Assembly: GCA_964630855.1 (NCBI GenBank)
Contig: CAZVXP010000021.1
Coordinates: 29,038 to 93,037, forward strand
Origin: an uncultured Thermodesulfobacteriota bacterium
GTDB lineage: Bacteria > Desulfobacterota > Thermodesulfobacteria > Thermodesulfobacteriales > Thermodesulfatatoraceae
Direction of reading: 5' to 3'
DNA length: 64,000 nt
Below are positions 28,101-35,513 of the stretch, one piece after another (position 1 is the first letter of the stretch; every line of letters starts with the position of its first letter). Under the pieces are notes generated by a model that did no database searches, was not told where the DNA came from, and was given only the letters and a program-made list of their open reading frames with translations. The position numbers and the translations under genes are program-made.

Positions 28101-29407
28101 TGTTTGATTTTTATTATTTTCTTCAGCAATTAAGTCATTATTTTCGCCATTTTGTCTTAAGTGAACCTTTATTACAAATTCTTATTTTAACTCCTGCTTT
28201 CTGGATTGAATATCCCTGGTATTTCCTTATGACAATACTTCCCTTTTTTCATCGCGTTTTCCCTTCTTATTTGCAGGATTATTCTCCTCCTGTTGGTATC
28301 ATTGTGACAGCTTATCGTGAACCATCGAGTGATATTTTGCGCAATTTGCGAACCATTCTTTATCAGGATTATCCTGGAAAGATAGAGATTGTTTTAATTT
28401 TTGATTCTCCAAGGGATGTTACTTTTTTTAAAAATCTTGAACTTCCTGCACGAAGATTTTTAAAGGTTATAAGTAAATATTATCGTGGTGGCAGGGCATC
28501 ATCTCTGAATTTAGGTCTAAAGCTTCTTTCTCCAGAGATAGAAATTGTGTTAGCTGTTGATGCTGATACTTCTCTTGACTATGACGCTTTGCGTCTTCTT
28601 CTACGTCCTTTTAGCAATCCACGCGTAATAGCGGTCTCGGGAAACATCAAAGTGCGCAATGCCAAGGATAGCATCTGGACAAGATTTCAGCATATCGAAT
28701 ACGTAATTTCCATAGCCCTGGCTCGTTTAACCCTTTCTCGTCTTTTTGGTACGGTGAACAATATCTCTGGAGCTTATGGAGCTTTTAGGCGAGGTTTTTT
28801 GGAGTTGGTTTATGGTTGGGATTCGGGAACGGCGGAAGATCTGGACCTCACGGCAAGACTTAAGATAGCAGCTTCTTTTTATCCAGAGGCTCGCTTTGCT
28901 TTTGTGCCAGAATCCGTGGCACGCACCTCTGTGCCCGAGACTTTTGCCGGACTCATCAAACAGAGACAGCGGTGGGATGGTGATTTGGTGTGGCTCTTTT
29001 TTAAAAAATACCGACGATTTTTGGTGCCGGCTTTTCCTAATTGGAGAGACTTTTTCCTATTTCTTGACCTTAATCTTCTCCTTCAATTTGTTATGCCCGT
29101 GGCCATGTTCGTATATAACGTTTATCTCTGGTTGAATTACGGTCTGGTGGGCCTTTTGGTGGTTGATCTCTTTATCCTTGCCGTTTATGCCTTGTGGACT
29201 TTAGTTATGTATTTTTCTTATCTCTTGACTATTTCCCGAGAACGTGCTTATGATCTCTCATTCTTTGGATATCTCCTGATTTATCCTTTGTATAACTGGA
29301 TTTTGCGGTTACATGCTTTGAAGGCTTATTTTGACGATTGGTGTGGAGATTTGCATAAGTATTCATCATACGTGCCACGATGGGTGTCAAGAAGATTGCC
29401 TTTTTAG
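28100..29407 (+). CDS. processive family-2 glycosyltransferase (membrane-embedded beta-glycan synthase, PgaC/BcsA/NodC-like core, no PilZ)
   Basis: Motifs VTAYRE (UDP-binding D region), AVDADT (DxD), GTAEDLDLTARL (TED) and QRQRWDGD (QxxRW). There are 2 N-terminal and about 3-4 C-terminal TM helices. The ATG overlaps the upstream TAA (TAATG). Confidence 0.85.
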   Translation: MFDFYYFLQQLSHYFRHFVLSEPLLQILILTPAFWIEYPWYFLMTILPFFHRVFPSYLQDYSPPVGIIVTAYREPSSDILRNLRTILYQDYPGKIEIVLIFDSPRDVTFFKNLELPARRFLKVISKYYRGGRASSLNLGLKLLSPEIEIVLAVDADTSLDYDALRLLLRPFSNPRVIAVSGNIKVRNAKDSIWTRFQHIEYVISIALARLTLSRLFGTVNNISGAYGAFRRGFLELVYGWDSGTAEDLDLTARLKIAASFYPEARFAFVPESVARTSVPETFAGLIKQRQRWDGDLVWLFFKKYRRFLVPAFPNWRDFFLFLDLNLLLQFVMPVAMFVYNVYLWLNYGLVGLLVVDLFILAVYALWTLVMYFSYLLTISRERAYDLSFFGYLLIYPLYNWILRLHALKAYFDDWCGDLHKYSSYVPRWVSRRLPF

Positions 29408-31383
29408 TTTTAATTTTTGTCATCTGGGATCATAGCTCTTGGGCTCTAAGATATAAAGAATTGCCCCTTCTTGTAGACGGATCACCTCTCTTCTCTTCCT
29501 ATAGTTACCATCTGAAACAGATTGAATCCCGTATTAAGCGCCTCTCTTTAGAGAATGGCTGGTGGCTTTCTTTGAGTGGCACATATTATTTCAATAATAG
29601 TTATGCTAAAGATGTTATTGGCTATACTTTTGGTTTATCACTCAAGCTTAATAAAGATTTTGGAGGATATAACTCCAATAATTTATTTCAGCGTTTTTTG
29701 GCCCGACTTGACTTTTTGAAAGTTGGTCTTGCTAAAGATGAGAGAAAGGTTTTGCTCCTTTGGCGTCTTCGTTTTCTTTTCATAGAATATCTTCTCCTTG
29801 AACAAAAGATTCAGATTTTGAAAAATCTCGAACAAGAAATTGAAACCATCCTCTCTCCTTTGAGAGAGAGGATGATCCATGGTCTTGAGAAAAGAGAAGA
29901 CGTGGACTTCTATGTTGATCGTCTTTTTCGTTATCGTCTGGAGGAGAACCTTTGTCGCCAACAACAGAAAAAGATAGAAGAACTATTTTCTCTTATATTA
30001 AATTGCGAAGATTGTCGTCCGGAAAAGGAAAATCTTTATTTGACCTTGCCCTTAAACCTTCCCTCTCCGGAAAAGACAGATTTTCTGGAGAAAGTCTCCG
30101 AACAACTGGCTGAGCTTTCGAAAAGACGATTTTATCCTCGTTTCAAATTTTCTCTTGGTGTAGATCGAACCTGGGACGACAATTCTGGCAGTCTCTGGAC
30201 AGGTTTCTCGGTCTCCGTCCCTTTGCACTTTCAGGCCTCGGAAAGGGCTCGCCAGGAGGAGATCTTTGCCCTGTGGCAACGCCTTAAAGCCGAAGAGGAG
30301 CTGCGAGAGACGCGCCTGAAGAACCAGGCCTTTGAACACCTCATGGGTTTGATCTCTTATCAAAGCGATCTTCGTTTCCTGGCTCGCCGCTTTTCCTCCG
30401 CTCTTTTGGAGAAGCCTCCCCCGGTCTTTGATCGTTCCTGGGCCAGGTCCAGGATCAAAGCGTTGGAGATCCTGAAAGATTATTACGACGTTCAGATCCG
30501 GATCTTTGCCTTGTGGGCTTCCTTGGGAGGTGCTTTACAACTTAAGGATTTCCCGGTCTCGCATGACAGAGGTCTATGGGTCGCTTTACCTCCTCGCGAC
30601 TTGGCAGCTTGGTGGTGGGCCAGTGAGCCTTCGGTTTCTCACGTTCGCCAGGTTTCAGATTCTTTAGGGCTTACCCGGCTTTATTTTTCTCTAAACGCTA
30701 AACAGATCGAAGAGTACCTTCAAAAAGGGAATCCGGAACTTTCACGCTTTATTGTCGATCTGTATCAACAGGGAACAGTGACTGAAATCCTCCTCGGAGA
30801 ACCCACTTGGATCTTCCCTCAGGCTCGAAAGAAACTCTTTCAAATTGTCTCTTGGCTGGAAAAACGCCTTTATCCTTTGGTTCAGGTGGTTCATCTCGAT
30901 TTGGAACCCCACGCCCTTTCGGATTTTTCCCGTAACAAAGAAAGATATCTTCGTCTCTATTTGGATACCTTGGCAGAACTTCGAAAAGAAACCCCTATGG
31001 ATCTGATCGTAGATGTTCCTCTTTATTTCTTCAGGGAAAAAATTTCTTGGCAGGGAAAGGAAGCCCTTTTGATTGATCATCTGGTGCCTTTGGTCAACGG
31101 AGTGGTAGTGATGAACTATTTTGGTGATCCTGATCTTTTTGAGCGCTGGGCCAAAAAAGTAGCTCAAATGCTAGAGGCACGAAGCCTCCCTTACTGGATA
31201 GGCCTTTCTCTGGAAAAGGACATCCCCTCTGAAGAGAGTCTCAAAGACCTTTCGGTTGAAGTATTTCGGCAGTTTTTGAGAGAAGAACTCTCACAGATTT
31301 CTCCTTCTTATTTTTTCCGAGGTTTGGCGGTGCAAAATTTCAAGGAGTTAGAGAAATATGCTGCACCTTCGCAGACTCCGTAG
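29380..31383 (+). CDS. secreted two-domain protein: TolC/OEP-like N-terminal half fused to a TIM-barrel glycoside-hydrolase-like C-terminal half (tentative)
   Basis: Signal peptide MGVKKIAFLVLIFVIWDHSSWA. The N-terminal half alternates beta segments (WWLSLSGTYYF, FKFSLGVDRTW, GFSVSVPL) with long helices. The C-terminal half has a beta/alpha periodicity with RLYFSL, EILLGEPTW, VVHLDLEPH, LIVDVP and VVVMNY strands. It overlaps the GT2 gene by 28 nt. Confidence 0.55.
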   Translation: MGVKKIAFLVLIFVIWDHSSWALRYKELPLLVDGSPLFSSYSYHLKQIESRIKRLSLENGWWLSLSGTYYFNNSYAKDVIGYTFGLSLKLNKDFGGYNSNNLFQRFLARLDFLKVGLAKDERKVLLLWRLRFLFIEYLLLEQKIQILKNLEQEIETILSPLRERMIHGLEKREDVDFYVDRLFRYRLEENLCRQQQKKIEELFSLILNCEDCRPEKENLYLTLPLNLPSPEKTDFLEKVSEQLAELSKRRFYPRFKFSLGVDRTWDDNSGSLWTGFSVSVPLHFQASERARQEEIFALWQRLKAEEELRETRLKNQAFEHLMGLISYQSDLRFLARRFSSALLEKPPPVFDRSWARSRIKALEILKDYYDVQIRIFALWASLGGALQLKDFPVSHDRGLWVALPPRDLAAWWWASEPSVSHVRQVSDSLGLTRLYFSLNAKQIEEYLQKGNPELSRFIVDLYQQGTVTEILLGEPTWIFPQARKKLFQIVSWLEKRLYPLVQVVHLDLEPHALSDFSRNKERYLRLYLDTLAELRKETPMDLIVDVPLYFFREKISWQGKEALLIDHLVPLVNGVVVMNYFGDPDLFERWAKKVAQMLEARSLPYWIGLSLEKDIPSEESLKDLSVEVFRQFLREELSQISPSYFFRGLAVQNFKELEKYAAPSQTP

Positions 31384-32341
31384 GCGAATTCCTCTGGGGG
31401 TCCCGGAATCATTACGAGAAGGCCCTAAGCCCAAAAGCCGCCGCGGATACTATCTTCTGGTCCTGTTCTTTTTACTGATAGGTTTGGCCCTTTATTTCTA
31501 TTACTACCATCTCTTGGTAAAGGGCTCGGGGCTGGTAGTCGGGGAGGTATTGGCTATCCGTTCTCCCCTAAAAGGACAGGTGGTTTCAGTACCCGAACTG
31601 GGAAGCGCCTTTCAGATGGGAGATCCTCTCCTTTCACTCAAACCTTATGCCCTCTTCGATGAAATTCCTTACCTTGAAGAAAAGAGAGAGACGCTTGAGG
31701 CCAGTTACGAAGTCTTGAACGCCGAAAGATGGAATCTCTTGCGGGAGAAAGAGACCCTCCAGAAACAACTCTCCGAACTCAATGCCCTGTATCGGCGACG
31801 TTTGGTCACTCTTCCGGAAAAGCTGAGTCTGCTCTCCGCCCTTCGGTCCTTAAACGCCCAAATTTTGAGTTTTGAGCAGGGATTAAAAAGGATAGATCTT
31901 GAGCTTCTGGAGGTAGAGAAAAGATTGGCCGAAGCCAAGAAGAGACAAGAGTCCTATGTATTTCGGGCTCCCGAAAGGGGCTTCGTTTTGGAGAGATTGG
32001 TTAGCCCTGGAAGTCTGGTCTTCCCGGGAGACTATCTCCTTCGTATTTCTTGTGGTCCTCCTCGGTATCTTTTGGTCTATTTTTCCCTAAAAGATGTTCC
32101 GTATATTTATCCGGGCCTGACCGTCAAAGTCCGTCTGGACCGGGGCGTGGTTTTCAAGGGTGTGGTTCGTGATATCTTGAAGGAAACCGCCTACAAGCCT
32201 CCTTATCTTCTGCGCACCTTCGAGAAACGCGCGCTTTCCCTTCAAGTATTGGTGGAGATCCCGGATCTTGAAGAGCCCCAGCTCCTCTTGCAAGAACCCG
32301 TTTGGGTGAGTTTCCGGCGTCCTTTTCCGTGGTTTCATTGA
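31358..32341 (+). CDS. HlyD-family periplasmic adaptor (membrane fusion protein)-like
   Basis: N-terminal basic segment plus a single TM helix (YYLLVLFFLLIGLALYFYYY), split lipoyl-like halves (IRSPLKGQVVSV ... FRAPERGFVLERLVSPGSLVFPGDYLLRI) flanking a coiled coil, and a C-terminal beta-barrel-like region. It overlaps the upstream gene by 26 nt. Confidence 0.7.
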   Translation: MLHLRRLRRRIPLGVPESLREGPKPKSRRGYYLLVLFFLLIGLALYFYYYHLLVKGSGLVVGEVLAIRSPLKGQVVSVPELGSAFQMGDPLLSLKPYALFDEIPYLEEKRETLEASYEVLNAERWNLLREKETLQKQLSELNALYRRRLVTLPEKLSLLSALRSLNAQILSFEQGLKRIDLELLEVEKRLAEAKKRQESYVFRAPERGFVLERLVSPGSLVFPGDYLLRISCGPPRYLLVYFSLKDVPYIYPGLTVKVRLDRGVVFKGVVRDILKETAYKPPYLLRTFEKRALSLQVLVEIPDLEEPQLLLQEPVWVSFRRPFPWFH

Positions 32342-32378
32342 TCTTCCCTTCCCGAGTTTCTCCTGTTAAGAAGGGCTC

Positions 32379-33143
32379 ATGAAGCTGGCCATTTGCGGTA
32401 AGGGAGGCGTGGGAAAATCAACGGTGGCGGCCCTCCTTGTTGAGGCCCTACTCGCTTCGGGGTATCGGGTCCTGGCCATCGATGCTGATCCTAGCCCTCA
32501 TTTGGCACGCCTTCTGGGGGTGCCAGGGGCCGAAGAGATCGTGCCTATTGCCGAGATGAAGGAGCTCCTTCTTGAGCGCGCTCAAAAAGACGGTCCCTTT
32601 TACGTCCTGAACCCCAAGGTGGATGATCTTCCGGCCAGGTTCATGAAAGAAAGAAACGGACTCAAACTCATGGTCCTTGGGGCGGTGCGCGAAGCGGGAG
32701 GCGGTTGCGCCTGCCCGGAACAAACCGTCTTAAGGCGTCTGCTCTCACTTTTGCTCCTTCAGAGCCAGGAGGCGGTAATCGTCGATCTGGAGGCCGGTGT
32801 GGAACCCTTTGGCCGGGCTACGGTTTCAGCCCTGGAGGCAGTTTTGATCGTGGTTCAGCCTTATCGGGGTAGCCTGGAGACCGCCAGGCAAATCCGAAAA
32901 ATGGCCCAGGATCTCGGGGTGAAGCGTGTCTTTTTGGTGGGGAATCTCTTCTCTCAGGAAGAAGACCGTTTGTTCGTGGAAGAGGCCCTTGCTGAAAAAC
33001 TTTTAGGCTATCTTCCCCGGGATGAGGAGTTATCACGGGCCGAACGAATGGGAAAACCTCTTCGGGAGGTGAGGGGGCCCGCCTGGAAAGCGGCTCAAGA
33101 ATTGGCGCGCAAGCTGGAGAAAGAGCTTTCTCATGGAGCTTAA
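32379..33143 (+). CDS. CooC-type MinD/ParA-family NTPase (metallocentre maturation ATPase-like)
   Basis: Deviant Walker A ICGKGGVGKST and a CxC metal motif GGGCACPE. Size and order resemble CooC/AcsF accessory proteins. Confidence 0.75.
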   Translation: MKLAICGKGGVGKSTVAALLVEALLASGYRVLAIDADPSPHLARLLGVPGAEEIVPIAEMKELLLERAQKDGPFYVLNPKVDDLPARFMKERNGLKLMVLGAVREAGGGCACPEQTVLRRLLSLLLLQSQEAVIVDLEAGVEPFGRATVSALEAVLIVVQPYRGSLETARQIRKMAQDLGVKRVFLVGNLFSQEEDRLFVEEALAEKLLGYLPRDEELSRAERMGKPLREVRGPAWKAAQELARKLEKELSHGA

Positions 33144-33975
33144 AGACGTACAAAACCAGCCGGACTTTCGACAGATAGAAATAGATAAAGTTGGCATAAA
33201 AGGCATTCATTATCCCATTTCAGTGTTGGACCGGCGCAAAGGGGTCCAGCACACCGTTGCTACCATCAATATGTACGTGGATCTTCCGCACCATTTTAAG
33301 GGGACCCACATGAGCCGTTTTGTGGAGATCCTCAACGAGTACCGCCATGAAATCCACATGAAGAAGATTCCCCGGATCTTGGAAGAAATGCGCCGGAGAC
33401 TTTCTGCCAAGATGGCCCATCTGGAGATAGAGTTCCCCTTTTTCATGGAAAAAGAGGCCCCGGTTTCTGGAGCGCGGGGTCTGATGGAATACGGTTGTAA
33501 GATCTATGGTTCTTTAGGAGAAGGTTTTCGGGATCTAATGGTAGAGGTTCGGGTGCCGGTGATGACAGTTTGCCCCTGCTCGCAGGAGATCAGCGAGCGG
33601 GGGGCCCATAACCAGCGCGGTTTGGTACGGGTCCGGGTTAGATTCAAAAAATTTATCTGGATCGAAGAGTTAATCGAGATTGTCGAGAAATGTGCTTCTT
33701 CTCCGGTCTATCCTTTGCTCAAGAGACCGGATGAAAAATTCGTTACCGAATGGGCCTATGATCACCCCATGTTCGTGGAAGACGTGGTGCGCGAGGTTTG
33801 TCGCCGCCTCCTCGCCCACCCGGAGATCACCTGGTTTTCGGTGGAAGCGGAAAACTTTGAATCCATTCATGCTCACAATGCATACGCCTTTATCGAAAGG
33901 TCCAAAGAAGATCAGGCAGATTGTTGTTCTTCGACTTCAAGTTCGAGTTCGAAGAAACTCTCACCACAATCATAG
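33133..33975 (+). CDS. folE2: GTP cyclohydrolase FolE2/MptA (type IB)
   Basis: Motifs QNQPDFRQIEIDKVGIKGIHYPI, DLPHHFKGTHMSRF, TVCPCSQEISERGAHNQR and ESIHAHNAYA. The last roughly 25 aa (Ser-rich tail) look like non-conserved read-through into the convergent gene. Confidence 0.9.
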   Translation: MELKDVQNQPDFRQIEIDKVGIKGIHYPISVLDRRKGVQHTVATINMYVDLPHHFKGTHMSRFVEILNEYRHEIHMKKIPRILEEMRRRLSAKMAHLEIEFPFFMEKEAPVSGARGLMEYGCKIYGSLGEGFRDLMVEVRVPVMTVCPCSQEISERGAHNQRGLVRVRVRFKKFIWIEELIEIVEKCASSPVYPLLKRPDEKFVTEWAYDHPMFVEDVVREVCRRLLAHPEITWFSVEAENFESIHAHNAYAFIERSKEDQADCCSSTSSSSSKKLSPQS

Positions 33976-34124
33976 CATTTTACGTCCAGAGTGTTATCAA
34001 ACAAAGAAACGTAAATTTCGTCGCAACCGCAAGCTGGGCAGGGCCCCTCAATCTGCTCCTCGATGACCTTTCTGATCTCCTCCTGAATATCCGCAGGAAT
34101 ATCAGGATCAAAGAAAATCTTCAC
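33912..34124 (-). CDS. small acidic zinc-ribbon protein (CxxC...CxxC), function unknown
   Basis: 70-aa ORF with a GTG start 6 nt after GGAGG. It has CPACGC and CYDCG pairs and its own promoter-like element upstream. Confidence 0.55.
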   Translation of the reverse strand: MKIFFDPDIPADIQEEIRKVIEEQIEGPCPACGCDEIYVSLFDNTLDVKCYDCGESFFELELEVEEQQSA

Positions 34125-34152
34125 GATAACCTCCTCTTTTTAAGCGGCCTGC

Positions 34153-34181
34153 ATAGTAACAATCGGCCTCTATATTGTAAA
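34153..34181 (-). promoter_or_regulatory. sigma70-like promoter for the small zinc-ribbon gene
   Basis: On the minus strand, TTTACA, a 17-nt spacer, then TACTAT, ending about 29 nt upstream of the GTG at 34124. Confidence 0.35.
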
Positions 34182-34198
34182 GCGCACCGCAGGGTTTT

Positions 34199-34762
34199 TT
34201 AAGGATTTTTTGTCAGAATTTGAAAATTTTTCTGTCTTCGATAGAACCTCCAGAAGCGCAGGACTCGTTCCAGATATGATATCGTTTCACTAAAAGGTGG
34301 CACTCCGCGATAGAGCCTTACCCGTTCTGGTCCGGCATTGTAAGCCGCTAAAGCCAAACGGACGTCTTGAAATTCCGCAAGCAAGTCTCGCAAATAAGCC
34401 GCAGCTCCTCGAACGTTTTCTTCTGGGTCAAAGGGATCTTTTACGCCATAGGCTTGCGCAGTCTCTGGCATGAGTTGCATGAGTCCCAACGCTCCTTTGG
34501 GAGAAACCGCCCCCGGATTGAAATTGGATTCTGCCCGGGCAATGGCTCTAAGCAGAGCCGGATCAAGATCATAGAGACGGGCGGCTTCTTCAAAATAATC
34601 TTTGGGATGGAAACGCTTCCAGGTTTGCCCCATGGGAATGTTGGTTACGTGTAGGACCCCGTTGGCGTCGCGATAGAGATAGAGTTCAGCCTGGCTCAAG
34701 GCAGGCCAAAATATTAACCAGAAGAAGCAGAGGAGTGCTCTTTTAAAAATTTTTGGCGGCAT
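34199..34762 (-). CDS. lytic transglycosylase (SLT domain) with DUF4124-like N-terminal segment
   Basis: Signal peptide, LYLYRDANGVLHVTNIP, and the catalytic block AIARAESNFNPGAVSPKGALGLMQLMPETA ... AAYNAGP. Confidence 0.85.
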   Translation of the reverse strand: MPPKIFKRALLCFFWLIFWPALSQAELYLYRDANGVLHVTNIPMGQTWKRFHPKDYFEEAARLYDLDPALLRAIARAESNFNPGAVSPKGALGLMQLMPETAQAYGVKDPFDPEENVRGAAAYLRDLLAEFQDVRLALAAYNAGPERVRLYRGVPPFSETISYLERVLRFWRFYRRQKNFQILTKNP

Positions 34763-35010
34763 TCTTCACTACAAAAATAATAGACCTTGCCCTTCCAGAT
34801 GGCGGTGTAAGCCGTGCTCTTTGGGCAATAGACCCCGCATACTGGGTCCTCTACCAGTTTATCGGTCACTGGAAATCTTGATCTTGAGGAAGAAGATTTT
34901 TGGGAAGGTGATGGCCGCCGCCTGAAAAGCTGTTTCAAGTCTTTGAGGATGGAACGCCCCACCCAGATGATGAGAAATAAAAGAAACAGAATGATTATAA
35001 GACGAATCAT
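34714..35010 (-). CDS. membrane-anchored YHS/TRASH-domain metal-binding protein
   Basis: N-terminal TM helix, with a C-terminal DPVCGVYCPKSTAYTAIWKGKVYYFCSEECRQKF (YHS/TRASH Cys pattern). The ATG overlaps the folK stop (ATGA). Confidence 0.75.
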   Translation of the reverse strand: MIRLIIILFLLFLIIWVGRSILKDLKQLFRRRPSPSQKSSSSRSRFPVTDKLVEDPVCGVYCPKSTAYTAIWKGKVYYFCSEECRQKFLKEHSSASSG

Positions 35011-35513
35011 GGTTCCACAAAGACTAGGAAATCTACCCGTTCCTTGGACGAAAGAGAATTCAAAAGTTCCTGAAAAGTTTGGCCTATGAGGGGATGTTTC
35101 TCCCTAGCAACAAGATCTGTCAAGGGGCGAAGGACAAAAAGGCGCTCATGAAGATGGGGATGGGGCAAGGTGAGTACCTTCGAGGACAAGGTGACCCCCT
35201 GATAGAGCAGGAGATCGAGGTCAAGGGGGCGATCTGAAGGGCCTCTTGGGCTGGTACGCCTGCGTCCAGCTTGACATTCAAGCTTCCACAAAACAAAGAG
35301 TAGGGCCCAGGGGGAAAGGGAGGTCTCTATTTCCACCACGAAATTGAAGAACCAATGTTGGGAATAAAAACCTACGGGTTCGGTCAAATAAATAGCAGAC
35401 CACCTCAAGAGACGAATCCCTGGCTGGCTGCGCAAAGCAGCTAGGGCCTGACGGCAATGGTTCAGCCGATCTCCCAGGTTGGAACCTACACCAATGTAGG
35501 CCTTCTTTAGAAT
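35007..35513 (-). CDS. folK: 2-amino-4-hydroxy-6-hydroxymethyldihydropteridine diphosphokinase (HPPK)
   Basis: RPLDLDLLLY and LTLPHPHLHERLFVLRPL identify the family. The conserved N-terminus AYIGVGSNLGDRLNHCRQAL is encoded at 35442-35501, upstream of the first canonical start (TTG 35435). The only in-frame candidate there is ATT 35513. The 5' end is uncertain. Confidence 0.75.
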   Translation of the reverse strand: MLKKAYIGVGSNLGDRLNHCRQALAALRSQPGIRLLRWSAIYLTEPVGFYSQHWFFNFVVEIETSLSPWALLFVLWKLECQAGRRRTSPRGPSDRPLDLDLLLYQGVTLSSKVLTLPHPHLHERLFVLRPLTDLVAREKHPLIGQTFQELLNSLSSKERVDFLVFVEP

